From Okamejei kenojei (taxonomy: Eukaryota), in contig CM069157.1 of NCBI GenBank assembly GCA_035221665.1, positions 17,980,001 through 18,044,000 on the forward strand: a stretch of DNA of 64,000 nt, given 5' to 3'. How positions within the stretch are numbered: the stretch's first letter is position 1; each line of letters begins with the position of its first letter. The translations under genes were made by a program, and so were the position numbers. The notes below the pieces were generated by a model that had not been told where the DNA came from, made no database searches, and saw nothing but the letters and a program-made list of their open reading frames with translations. Positions 26,336 through 39,200 of this stretch are shown piece by piece.

Positions 26336-29300
26336 AGGATTTCTTCATTTATTGGAACCACTGCACGCATATGTAAACCACTGCACGCATTTTTTTTTCA
26401 ATTAAGAAAAGAATTCATTTTTACTTAATTTACAACAATATTTGTTCAGCATCTTCACTGCATTTGTTTGGCCCTTCGCTTGACACGAAAACAATTAAAT
26501 CAATGTTTTACAGTGCAATTATCTCCCTAGTTTTAAAGTGTGCACAAATGTTACCATGTCTGGATTCAAGAATTTTCAACAGTTCCAAGGAAATTAGAAT
26601 ACCACTGCATGCTTTTTTGTCTGCCAGTCGGTAATTTAATCCACCAAGCGAAGGTGGGGATATCAGACTTGTAAGCGAGCAGAGTCTGCCATGCAGAAAA
26701 ACACATTAACACCAAGACTTGTGGAAAGGTCAACAAGAGTGCACCTTGGCATCGTAACTTATTAATAGCTTGCTCCACATTTCAACAGCAGATTGCCACA
26801 ACACCAAGATCTATCGATGAATTTTAGACTTAAGATACTTGAAATATAAAGAAATTACCTTTAAAGGAGGAACTTTACATTACAAACATATAAATCTGCT
26901 ATTTCAAGCAGCCATGCCTTTAAAAGCAAGACTGAAAGCAGCCATGCAAAAAGTCATTAATTTGCTCACCCATAAACAGTGAAACCAGGTGCACAAGTGA
27001 TGAGATCAGAATTTGTCCTGCATTTTGACCATTGTACAACTAGACAATTCCCTGCAGTCAGAATAACCTCAAACAGAAAGGACGACATTATATCCATGTT
27101 CATTTCACTGCATGGTGTTTTCAAATGGACGTTATTAACACTTTTACGCTGTTATAAGTCACACAAGCTGTGGAACTGTGGAAGGTTAATTTCCAAATGC
27201 TAATTTCAACTCAGTTAGTATGACTTGCATTACACACAGCATCAAATCACCTACGGCCATTTGAATATTCAGAGTAAATATCATGATCATATCTGAATTC
27301 ATTAATAATCGTGTAACTATTGATCTGCATGAACTGTTGAACATTATTCACAATCAAGATGATCCTTGAAGGGTAATATTTTGAGGTGGTTAATACAACC
27401 GTGGACAGTCACACATTATTAGATGTACAAATAAAGATTACTACTGGATTACAAAATGGAATGATATTATAACACCAATATTGTCAAATTGGGAACAACA
27501 TCTGATTTGAGAAATTCTCCTTTATCCGCAGACTCTACTGAATGCAGTGGAAACAATAACATTGGGAACTGCTGATCATGGGAAATGGTCTGATGTATTC
27601 TAAAGCAAACTGAAGCCACCAACGTCATTGCTCAATGAAGCATCATAACCGTGCAAAGAGTGCGCCAAAGAAACGTACAATGTTTTAGGCAATGGCAGGC
27701 AGTCAGAATATAATATTTTAAGGTGCTCTTGAAAAATATGATGGGTATGTATTTTCTGATTCATGATGCAAAAAAATTCCTTGCATTGCTATTTCTAACC
27801 ACAGCAGCCAATCTATAAAAAGTTAGGTATCAGATGCTTATAGGCTGAGTGCGATTCTGCGCAATGCCTCTAATATGGGCTTTAAAATGGTGAGTTAATC
27901 TTTCACTGACCCTCCCAGGTTCAGACACATACGCAATAAAAATTACTTCATCTCTAACTGCTCACTTTTACACACAGTTTTAGTGATAGTTGAAATGGTT
28001 GGAGTGATTGAATTGCCTCAGCATTCTTTTTCTGAACAGTGGAACAATGGGACATAAGCACAGCAGTAACAGCGACAAAAATGAATCTGGAGGCAACACC
28101 TAATTGGAATCATCATCCCAGGTCGAAGTGGTATTCCAATTGCTCGCGAACCCTATCCGTTTTAATATTCAGTTGATAGCTCATTGAAAAATAAAGTCTG
28201 CTGCCTTTTAGCAAAGCTAAATATGTTAGATGCAGAATTTTATACATTAATAAACAAGAATTTCAGTGTCTTCTTAGTAGAGTATACTGCAGAGAACCAG
28301 AGAGGAAGGCACAGAAGTCTATCCCAAACTGCCACTTTAAGTTAAAAAAAAAGTCTATTTTATGACCTATTATATCAGATTCCAAAACCCTTCAGCAAAC
28401 TTAAACACTACGGTTACAATGCTTGACATTAAAATTCCACTTTCCACTCACACATAGTAAATGGAGATGCGTCACTCGCCTTGCTCACTTTGAAATCACC
28501 AGTTGATTATACAAATGACTTACAATTCAACATTCCTTCAGATGGTTAAACATTACATCATGTGGGGATAATTAAAAGTAAGATTTGATCTCTCCATTTC
28601 AGCCCACAAAAATGCATCCTCTTAACCACTATGCCCTAAAACCCAAAGACAGCACAACCAGTTCAGTACCCGCAGCTATCAAAAACGTGTCCTAAAAATG
28701 ATGAAGGACAGGCTAAGGAATTAAAAAAATTCCAAACCATAATGAACATTTCATTCCTAATATTTCAGTTTCCCTTTGGGCTTGATCTTCTGCCTGCACA
28801 CCAAGATCGAAGACTGGTGCAGCACAGCGCGAAGATCTGTTGCCTCAAAGCTCTAATGGCTTGGTCTTAATGATAGTGCTGTCTATGCGGAGTTTTCATG
28901 CTCTCGTTAGTGATCACATGGGTTTCCTTTGAGTGTTCTGATGTCCCGTGCAACTTCGTAGGTTAATTTTGTAGGCGAATTGCCCGCAGTGTGAAGCTTA
29001 GTGGTAGAAGCTGAGCAATGGGAAAGAGTGGAGAATAAAATAGGTTGTGCAGGGTTAGTCTATCAGGGAGCTTTCTAGCCAGAGCAAACTTGGCAAGATG
29101 GAAGGCCTGTTGCCATGCTCTATGACTCTGGCACTATGAAGTAATGTAATATACCGGAGCACTGGTCTGATTCCCGAAATAAACAGATCCACAGATTTAA
29201 AGATTTGAAGATGAAACGTACTGAGGGCAGATTTAACCAAGAGGGCAGGGAGACAATAAGGTGCAGGTAATCCCAAGGTTTTGCATAGACAAGGTTGCTC

Positions 29301-29419
29301 TTGTAGGATGGGGTTGAAGGGCAGGTGGATAAAGGATGTAACCAGCAACAAGGGTGTGGCCTGAAGGAATTGACTGACATCCTGCACTTATAAGAATGCA
29401 TGTACACACAAATGCAGAT

Positions 29420-29770
29420 AAAATCATTAGAGGAATAGATCGGAAAGCCACAGAGTCTCGCCCAGAATAGGGCAATCAAGAGTAAGAGGCCATGGATTTA
29501 AGGTGAAGGGGGAAATATTTTATAGGAATCAGAGGGGTAACTTTTTCACACAATTGGTAGTGGGTGTATGGAACGAGCTGCCGGAGGTGGTGGTTGAAGC
29601 AGGGATTACCGCATTATTTAAGAAGCAATTAGACAGGTACATAGATAAGCCAGGTTTAGAGGGATATGGGCCAAATGAAGGCAGGTGGGACTAGTGTAGA
29701 TGGGACATGTTGGTCAGTGTTGGCAAGAGGCCGAAGGGCGTTTCCAAACTGTATGACGCTCCATGACTCT
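29420..29770 (+). mobile_element. CR1-type LINE 3' fragment
   Basis: ORF 29503-29694 NFFTQLVVGVWNELPE; CR1 tail. Confidence 0.85.
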
Positions 29771-30007
29771 AAAAGAGAGGGCCAAGATTGAATCTTTGGG
29801 GCTTTAGAAATGACAATATGTTTTATGTATATTTGCAATTAATACCTAAGATTCCTGATTAGGTAGTTTAATCCTTCTAAGGATTTGAAAAACTAAAATA
29901 AGCCCAAGTCCACATGACGAACTGTTTACTGTAGAACACCATAAATAAATAGACAAATGTTTTGCAGATGACTGGAATGATCTGCAAAAACATTACTATT
30001 TGGAAAC

Positions 30008-30425
30008 AGCACAGTGGCACAGCGGTAGAGTTGCTGCTTTGCAGTGCCAGAGAAGATTAGATTAGATTCCTTTATTGTCATTCAGATCTTAGGGTCTGAA
30101 CGAAATTGTTACCATACAGTCATACATATAATAAAAACAAAACACACAATAAACACATATCCAACATCCACCACAATGAGAACCATGTTCGATCCTGACA
30201 ACGGGTGCTTTCTGTATAGAGTTTCTCCTTTCTCCCTGTGACCACAAGGGTTTTCTCCTGGTGCTCCGGTTTCCTCTCGCGTTCCAAAGACATGCAGGTT
30301 TACAGGTTAATTGGATTCTGCAAATTGTCCCAAGTGAGTAGGATAGAACTAATGTATGGATGATCACTGGTCAGCATGGACTCGGTAGGCTGAAGGGCCT
30401 GTTTCCATGCTGTATCTCTAAACTA
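30008..30425 (+). mobile_element. tRNA-derived SINE interrupted by an antisense LINE tail (~30052-30175)
   Basis: gcacagtggcacagcggtagagttgctgc head; (agatt)n-ctttattgtcattc insert; then gttcgatcctgac B-box and standard tail. Confidence 0.75.
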
Positions 30426-33298
30426 CACTAAGCCACGTAGGCTGCCAAAGCAGTTTAATCCTGTGCCCTGCACTGTTTATAAGAAGTCACACCACAATAT
30501 AGTAAATGTAGAGAGTTTAACTTCAACTCACATGGTGCTACATGGATGACTGATCACTGATAAACTGGCTGAAGGCATCACTGAACAACTTCACACAACA
30601 ATAGCGACTGCTGTTATGAAGTTACATTTGAAAGTAGAATACAACTCCTGCACTGCATCAACCTGTCAAGGCAGTTATTTTCACAACATTTCTATTTATA
30701 AGCTGGTATGGCTTTTGTGTACTGATCCGCAGCTGAATATTTGTGACACTATTAACAAGTATAGGGATTTAAAGCAAGTTTTTGTGCCATAAACAAAGAA
30801 ACAGTGAGAGAAAATGTTACATGGAATAAAATACTCCGTGAGAAGCCACTTAAATACAAAATATATATAAAGTAATGGATTATTGTAAAAAGGATAAATT
30901 GTATGAGGGTAATTTCGAAATGTTGGTAAATTGATGTCTCTGAAGAACATGTGTATTCATGGCAAATTGTTGCTTTATCTAAAGGCATCACAACCTAAAA
31001 AAAGTCATTCTCTTCAAATAATTTCTAACAATGGTAAAACCAAATGAACCAAGGCTAATAAAAAGATGTGCTATTAACTTACTTCCCAAGTTATACAAAA
31101 TAATTTTCTCAAGTGAAAATAGTATAAAGGAATATTTTACCTGCCACAGAGATGAACCTGAACTATCTAGAGTAATATTTTAACAAGTAATACTTTATTT
31201 ATTACACTAAGTGTTTGATTGATAAGACAATGAACACAAAAAAAGACTACATTAAGTTATAAAATTATTCTGTGCAATCACATAACTATTTTTTGATCAA
31301 AACAACCAATTATCAATTATTTTCATTATTTAAAAATTGCCTTTCAGATGAGAAAGTGATTATTACGGCTCAATTGTAAACTGAGATGTTAGAAACGTCA
31401 ACCTGCCTTTGTGGGTGGTTTGAAGTAAATGTGCATGACTTATTATTTTAATGATGAAATTGAGTGGTAATTCCAAGCTAATTCCGAAAAAAAAAACACA
31501 AGCATGGGGTTTCTTTTAAAATTCAGAGTTCTGCTGACATTCTGTTCTGAGAAATGCATATTGTTTGCAAAAATGCCATTTTAATCTGCATTCTGAAATA
31601 AAGTAGGCCTTTTCATGTTCTGTACTGTTCTATTTCATCCACTCAATTAACATGGACTCTGCAACTGGGGTTGACTTGCATGGTTTAAGGAAGGGAAAAT
31701 AAACAGATAACGATGCCCAAAATATAGTTATTCAGTGATCCTACAATGGGAGCAAGTATCCTGATTTCAGGTTAGTCCATGCACTCTAATAGCGTGCTAA
31801 CAATCACTGTCTGGGGTTCAACATGTGCACGGCACTAAGAGCAATTACACCTGTGGATGCATTCCTCGGGGAGTGCCTACACAAAGGGCATCATAAGGGC
31901 AATGAATGATCTAAACAAAAAAGGCTGTGAGAGGGAAAATCCCACAATTAATACAACATAGGTTTTAGATCACTTCAATTCTGGGTGGATCGAATCTTTT
32001 AAGAATTGAGCCATTAAGGCGGCTGTTAAATGCTCTCTACTCTGCATCACTTCTTAAAAATAGAAAAGCCATGATATTCAAGGCAGGCCATGCTTCAATA
32101 GGGCGGGGTCCTGAGACAACAGGCGTAGAGCTGTACAACTCCAGACACTGACTGCTATGTCAAGAATTGGGGAGGAACACAAATAGCTGAAGACAGGTGA
32201 CAGATTCTGCGCGCTATTTTAAAACAGAATAACAAGCTAGCTCAGGCCAGTTGCTCCATTAATGGAATTAATGCATTTGACATCAGTTGCAGGTAATGAA
32301 AGTGACTGGGGTAATACGTACGCATCATCCATTTTTTTTCCAAGGTTCACACAAACAACGATTTAAACTGAGGAATCTCAATAATACATTAAGAGCTCTC
32401 ATTTGAGATATGTGTTATTATTAGCACAGTATCTTTGAAGCCATTTCTTTTGCGCATTTAACCAAATAAACAAAACGAGAAAGTGAAGATGGGAGAGCTG
32501 GATACCAAAATGTTAACTGAGATGAGAGTCAATGAGGAATAGTTGGAAAAGTTAGGGTATAGAAATTCTAACAGGAGATCAAACATTTGTGAGATACAAT
32601 GGGATTTGATGTGAAACTAATTTCTACGATGTAATCGGGAACCCATAGAGGCATTGTTTGCTTTCTGAAGTTTGAATAGTGTTCTAAGTATATATGACAC
32701 ATTACTATATACTGGGCAGTAACATTAGTTGATGAACAATGCATGAATAACGTTGATTTACTACAAATGTTCTATTGCGTATATGGACTTCAATCTCATT
32801 TTAACAGCTGGCCTTCTGTAGAAATTGAAGGACAGCTTCTGCCTTGGTTTAAAGGTCAGTTCCTGGGGAGCTGCTGTTGATTCCCAAACAGTTAAGATGT
32901 GACGTCAAGATGCTCTTTCTTCACGACAACTCCGACCCTTTTCTGAGAGTAGCAGGTGGTGGACCTGACAACCTTAATCCCCACCCCAAGTGCTCACTTT
33001 TAGCAGAACAATATCTCTTTGGTCATTGGAGATGTGTGATACTTGTATCCTTTAGATTTGTTACCACTATATTAGTTCAAGTGGCAGCTCACAGCTGTGT
33101 GCAAATTTAAGATGTATTCTAACCTAGTTTAGCACTTCTTAGGGCAGAAAGGGCTTAAAGGAGTTAGCAGAAAATTATTTCACGTATAGATATCATGATC
33201 TAGAATGTTTCATTGAAAAGGTAATGCAAGCTTTTCATTAAATTATTACAATAGGGAGCATTTAGTGAACAAAAGGCAAAGTAGTAGACAAAGTAAAA

Positions 33299-33331
33299 CT
33301 GAAGAAAGGGTCATGACCCGAAATGTCACCC
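33299..33331 (+). ncRNA. Minimal type I hammerhead-like motif in a Penelope-derived element (33299-33392)
   Basis: CUGAAGA-AA-GGGUC-AU-GACCC-GAAAU-GUC-ACCC: core boxes, 5-bp stem II and GUC site; helix I partner weak. Confidence 0.5.
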
Positions 33332-33901
33332 ATCCTTTTTCTCCAGAGATGCTGCTGAACCGCTGAGTTACTCCAGCACTTTGTGTCGATCTTAAGTAAA
33401 ATGCCTATTAGGAGTAAGCAATGGCTGATGGATCTTTTGTATTATTTCAGACATGTTTGTAGTTCCATTTACTTGGGGCCTAATCTTTCCTAAAATTGCA
33501 ATGATTAAAAACGGGATTTTTTAAATTCATAACTTTCTGTGATCCTATTGGCATTGTAGGTTACTGCACAGGAGACCATTTGATCCATCAGCCAATGCTT
33601 GTGAACGTTCCTGTCCATGTTATATAAGCAACTCACAACACCGAGACCTGAAGATCCAGCTAATTAGAAGATCTAGTTTTGAGAGGTTTAATAATGTTCA
33701 TTCCAAACACTGCCACAAAAACTACTCAAACACAACATCAAAGCAAATGAGGCTTAAATTCTGACAGTTGCAGCAATAAAAGGACGTATTTGAATAACTG
33801 TTCAAACAATTAAAAAGCTTTAAACCAAGTTCGAATTTGTTCATCACTTTTGGAAGTTCAAGTACTGTAAGTGCCCCTAGGCAGAGTTAAACAAATCTTA
33901 C

Positions 33902-35373
33902 CTTAAAGTCGGCCAGCTGTTGATTGATAACGTCAACTTCTGTGCCCACGTTTCCTTGCAATTCCTCGCCCTCTTCAGTTTTGGTTAGAAGGTTATTTAA
34001 TTCTCTGAGTTTTTCATAAAAGTCTTCAACACGTCCCACAGTCATCTCCACTTGCTCTTGCCTGTTCCTTCCACGTTCAAGCAGTTTACCACATTGTTTA
34101 TTCAAGGCTTCAAGCTCTCGTTTCAGCCCTTGAAGATCTGGACTGCCTTCCTCCTCCAGCATTTGTTTGCATTTTTCTTCTGAACTTTCAATATCTTTCT
34201 TTAATTCCTTAAGTTTGCTGATAAACTGCTTAATTTCATCAATCTGTGACTGCAGACTGTCTAGGTCTCTCCCAATGGGACTCATGCTGTCCAATTCGTC
34301 ATCCAAGTCTGCAAGATGTGAAAACATTTCCCGAATATGGTTCTGGAAATGTCCGATTCCCTGAAGTCTATTTTCCATCGCCAAACAACTTTCATTCACT
34401 CTCTCTTTTAGACTGCCATATTCTTGCTGAACTAACTCTGCTTGCTGGAGGAGCTGTGATGAATCTGCACCATCAGGGGCATCTTCTGCCAGTCCTTGAG
34501 CCAGGTCTCTCAGATAGTCTACCTGCGACTCCAAGATCTGAAGCGATTCCTGACGAGTCCTCAACTTTTCCAAGTTCTTATTGCTGTAGGCCTGTGATCC
34601 AAGAGCATCATATATTTCAAGCTGCTGTTTAGTACCATCAAGCTTCATTTGAATACTTTTCAGGGAATCCTGGAATTCTTTCAACCTTTGGGCCATTTCT
34701 TCAATTGATTCACTTTTGGCTTGAAGTTGTTCTGTAACGATGTCCATCCTCTGGTTTATGTACGTTTTTTCATCCCTAATATCTTCTTCATCCACCTGAC
34801 AGGAATCTACAAGGATATCAGCGGCAGTGTTCATCATTTCCAGCGGCGAGCGATGTTTTTCCACATCATGTTGTAGATCCTTTGCTTTAGCTAAGGAGGA
34901 GTTCAGTAGTGCTGGATCGATGGTGATCTCCAGTTCTTTCACTTTAAATTCACATTCTTCTATCCATGGGAGCAGCTCTTCCATGTACTGCCTGTACTTC
35001 TGTGCTTTTTGAACACAGTCTTTGAGTTTCGAATATCTACCTGTTGCCTGCTTCCAGAGCTCGTCCCACTGCCCTTTAAGAGTTGACAATTGACTCTGAA
35101 GATTCGTCTTTTCTTCACCTGTCTGAGCACTTCGGACCAGAGACTCTCCTTCACCCAAGATCATCTCATAGGAGCCCGAATGCTGATTCAGGCTTTTTTG
35201 GAACTCCTCCTGCTCACTGATTTGAGATTGTAAAATGTCAAGGTTTGCAGACACGGGAGGTTTCCTTGAATGCTCGCTGCATTTCTCATCCAGCCACAGC
35301 CTGAGCTCGTCAAAGGTTTGTTGAAACTGCTGCGAACTGGCCAGAGTTGTTTGTAGTTGATTTATGCGATCAC
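33902..35373 (-). CDS. MACF1: MACF1 large rod exon (1472 nt, phase 1-0)
   Basis: cag|GTGAT...TTTAAG|gtaaga; several spectrin repeats (DRINQLQTTLASSQQFQQTFDELRLWLDEK...VGTEVDVINQQLADFK). Confidence 0.97.
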
Positions 35374-36393
35374 CTGGAGATGACAAATCATTAAAGGCAT
35401 GTCGCGTCATAATTAATTCTGAATCGGTAGTATTCCTTCAATTCGCCAAACTATAGATGTAAGACTATATTTTCTAAAGCACTGCAATCTGTAACCAAAA
35501 CTAATCTTCGGAATACAATGTTTAGTTAATATTTACAGGCAAGCTGTCACATTTGTAAACAACAATGAAATACTGAACAACCCAAAGCTGTGGAAGCCAA
35601 AAAAAAGCTTTTTTTGATCCAAAAGACTAAGCCCTATTTTGACTTTAGAATAATATGTACCATAGATTATAGCTTCAAGGCCTTTAATGCCTGTAAACCA
35701 TTGATTTATCATAAATAACTTGGAAAAAGTTAAGACTAAACTTTGGGTTAAAACAAATAATCAGTAAATGGGAGTTTTGTTGCACGTTGCAAATGCTCTC
35801 AATGTTTGGCACAGAAGCTTTACATTTTCCCTCCATTGTGATGCATACCATTTGACACAAAATTCACATAAGGCTGAAGGCAGATGTGTGTATTATGTGG
35901 TTATAATGTCCTTCAACTATTTTAGCATTGCACATGCAATGAGGACAGTTATGAACATTTACTAATTTTAAATATATTCTTTACCAAATTGCTTATATTT
36001 CTTCTCAAATGTTATGAATGAGGTTTTTAACCTAGGAATGTACAGTTTATCTGCAGCTGTTTACATTAATTTCCTTACAAGACTAAAGTTCAAATATAAA
36101 TAAAGTCAACAGTTCAAAATTCCCAATTTAAGGATTAATTAATGCCACCAGATAAATACATCTGGGGTTCAAATCAGAAGATGGACTAATTTAACTCATA
36201 TTACCTGGGGAGTGATTGGGATAATAAACATACTTCAGTGTATCTATGCTACAAAGGGGGAGAATAGAACCAGATTGTCACTTCTTTACATTTTCAAGTG
36301 ACCACACTTGCGAGTCAATGTTCATGGAGGTTAAATCACGATAGGATAGGTTTTAAGAGCAAAGCTCTCCAATGAAGCACAGTCGAAATGTTG

Positions 36394-36615
36394 AGACAAG
36401 GAGCTGTGGATGCTGGTTTACACAAAAGAACACAGAGTGCCGGAGTAACTCATCGCGTCAGGCAGCATCTCTGGAGAACACGGAGAGGTGGTGTTTCAGG
36501 TTGGGGGCCTTCTTCGGGCACAAGAGTCTTAAGAAGGGTCCTGGCACGAAATATCGCCTATCCATGTTCTCCAGAGATACTGCCTCATCCGCTGAGTTAC
36601 TCCAGCAATTTGAGT
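36394..36615. mobile_element. Palindromic Penelope pLTR-derived short element
   Basis: gagacaaggagctgtggatgctggttt...gcagcatctctggagaac / gttctccagagatactgcc inverted arms around a decayed hammerhead motif. Confidence 0.7.
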
Positions 36616-36996
36616 CACACACTAGTGTATCTAACTTTAGGAAAGAGGATTTAACCCATAAATATGAACTTTCTAAGCAGAAAATTAAAAAGGGACCCAA
36701 TCTGAAATAGTAATTGCAGGAGCTAAAGCTAAAAACAATTGGGGAAAGAGATTAGTTTGTACAAGTTCTAAGTGGTTTGGTCCAGTAGAAACATATCAGG
36801 TAAGTTCTTTAGTACAAGGCTTTAGTTACAAATTGATGGGAGAGAGGATTGTCCCAGAAATAAAAGGCCACTGCGTGAACAATTACGGAAACCAGTTGTT
36901 GCTTCATCTGGAATGATTGATGAACGTAGTTCAAAATTACATTATAATCTTGTTCCTCTGGCATAACACAAACAGATCTGCAGTATCTATACCAAC

Positions 36997-37492
36997 CTGC
37001 TCGCTCCTCAAGACCATTAAATGGCAGCAAGACCGCATCTAGCCGCTTACGAAGCTCATCCTTCAAATACTGTTCACCGATGAGGGAGGAGAGGTCATCG
37101 CAGAGATTCTGAGCTTCTTCAATCCGTTCCTTCTGCTGCTCTAAATCTGAACGGATCTCACTGATTTCTTCGAGCTGCTGCTTGACAATGTCGGGCTGTG
37201 TGCTGATCACCGATTGACTGTTTAGTTTATGGTTGAGGATCCGGACCCTGTCGCTGAGCCGCTGCAGTAACTCTTGGTACTCGGTACTCTTGGCCGTGGC
37301 TTGATCAATCTGATTGGAACGGCTGCTGAGCTGATGTGTGAGGTGATCCCACTTGTCATTGATGGCTCTGTGCTGGTCTCTCACGTGACTGTCAGACGGA
37401 GACACATCATCGGGAGCACAGAGTATGCCCTGTGCTGCCTGGTTAAGTTGTTCGTATTGCGGTTTACGGGTCTCAAACTCCTTCAGCATGAA
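36997..37492 (-). CDS. MACF1: MACF1 rod exon (phase 0-1)
   Basis: cag|TTCATG...GCAG|gttggt; 496 nt; FMLKEFETRKPQYEQLNQAAQGIL...EQYLKDELRKRLDAVLLPFNGLEERA. Confidence 0.95.
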
Positions 37493-37714
37493 CTGTCATA
37501 AACAAAACAAAAACTTAAATTAAGGATACTGGGAACAAATTTCATATTTAATCTTCTGGAGCACAGTAGTAAACCATCTCGGGTTAGAAATGTGTTTATT
37601 TGAAAAATAATGATTCTGTCTTGGGGAAATATCCATTTATCCTTGTGCCAAAGATATGCAGCAAGTATGGGGAGGAGGAAGGTTACAAAATAATGTATTT
37701 TGGGCAACCAAGAG

Positions 37715-37998
37715 GGCTACACAGTGGCTCAGCGGTAGGGCTGCTGCCTTGCAGCGGCGGTGACCCAGGTTCGATCCTGACAATGGGTGCTGTCTGTACA
37801 GAGTTGGTACGTTCTCCCCGTGACCGAGCGAGATTTCTCCAGGTGCTCCGTTTTCCTTCCTCGCTCCAAAGGCCTACAGGTTTGTTGGTTAATTAGCTTC
37901 GGTAAAACATTGTCCCCACTGTGTAGGATAGTGTTAGTGTTTGGGGTGATCGCTGGTCGGCGCAAATTTGGTGGGCCTGTTTCTGTGCTGTATCTCTA
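37715..37998 (+). mobile_element. tRNA-derived SINE (HE1/V-SINE-like), near full length
   Basis: A box tggctcagcgg, B box ggttcgatcc (37768-37777), conserved core, gggcctgtttc...tgtatctctaaa tail. Further copies at ~39358-39595, 44443-44732, 46595-46860, 59200-59490, 59922-60195; decayed copies at ~28815-29055 and 44104-44360. Confidence 0.85.
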
Positions 37999-39000
37999 AA
38001 AAAAAACATGGATATTTAATATTTGCAGAACAAAGATTTTGCTGTTATCCTACATTGAGCTCTAGCCAGTTCAACAATGCAGTGCACCTGTAAAACTTAC
38101 CTAAAAGTAACTAACACAGTCACTCCTGCTCCAAAAAGAGAGATTATTGCTAATTTGTACCACTATGAATTACACTTGTATTAGTTTCCATTGACAGCTG
38201 TAAGTGATGTATAACTGGAGAGGACTCCAGGTTTAGGAGTTCATAGTGTTCTAAAAATGGGTGCTGTTGCCTTGCTGAAGGAGGTGGTGCAGATTAGGAC
38301 GAGACCTCTATTTAGCCCAGGTATGTGTGGACATGTGGAAACAAGGAACTACAGAAGCTGGTTTATAAAAAAAGATACAAAGTGCTGGAGTAACTCAGCG
38401 GGTCAGGCAGCATCCCTGGAGAGCATGGATAGGTGACTTTTCAGGTCGGGACCCTTGTCCAGAGTCTGAAGAATGGTCACAATGCTGCATTCTTCCTCCT
38501 TCTTCCTCTTTGATTCTATGAAAGGTTTGGAGTGTTTTTTCCTACACCTGTATATCTGGATCCAGGTGTAGGAAAAAAGTGTTGACGTAGTTTTCCAAAA
38601 CAAGTATTGAATTGATTTGAAAGGTACACCCTGAAAACAGGCCCTTCGGCCCACCGAGCCTTGGACTTATTCTGTAGATCCTATACTGATCAGCAACATT
38701 TGCAGGTGGAGCAGGTTGGCTTTTGAGACAAAGGTAATTGCTAAGGTCATTGCAGTTTCGAGCTTCAGGTTACAGAGCCAACTCCAACAGTGAACATTGA
38801 TATCATACTTCACTTGAGGCATATTGTGTACGGAAACACTGACAAATTATTTTAATGAATCAGAAAATATGCTGCTTAAATCCATATTTGAAGTTTGTAA
38901 ATGCTTCAACTCTACTTTTTCCCTTTAACTGCAGTTAAAAGTCAAGTACAAACCAAAGGAATTTTGAGTTCTCAAAGTTTTTGATTTAAAAAAATATTAC

Positions 39001-39200
39001 CTGCACTTGTTGTTTCTGCGCATGTAGCATGTTTGGATCGATCGATAGAGGACCCAGTACACTCATCATTAATTCCTTCTCTGATAACCACGGACTGAGC
39101 TGTGACTCTGTGCTCTGGAAACTTGAAAGAAGATCTGCGGACTCTTCAAGTTTTTGTTGCCTCTGTGTTATTGCCTGATTAGCACAAGCCCACTTCGACT
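39001..39200 (-). CDS. MACF1: MACF1 rod exon (phase 1-0)
   Basis: tag|AGTCG...CAG|gtaata; 200 nt; ...[33 protein letters not shown]. Confidence 0.95.

Noticed and set aside
27805-27822. Adjacent CCAAT and TATAAAA
   Set aside because: Spacing is too short for a canonical promoter, and such motifs are expected by chance in AT-rich DNA.
34167-35012. Plus-strand ORFs overlapping the large exon
   Set aside because: Antisense shadows of real coding sequence.
37715-37790. tRNA gene
   Set aside because: The A and B boxes belong to a tRNA-derived SINE head; no complete cloverleaf.
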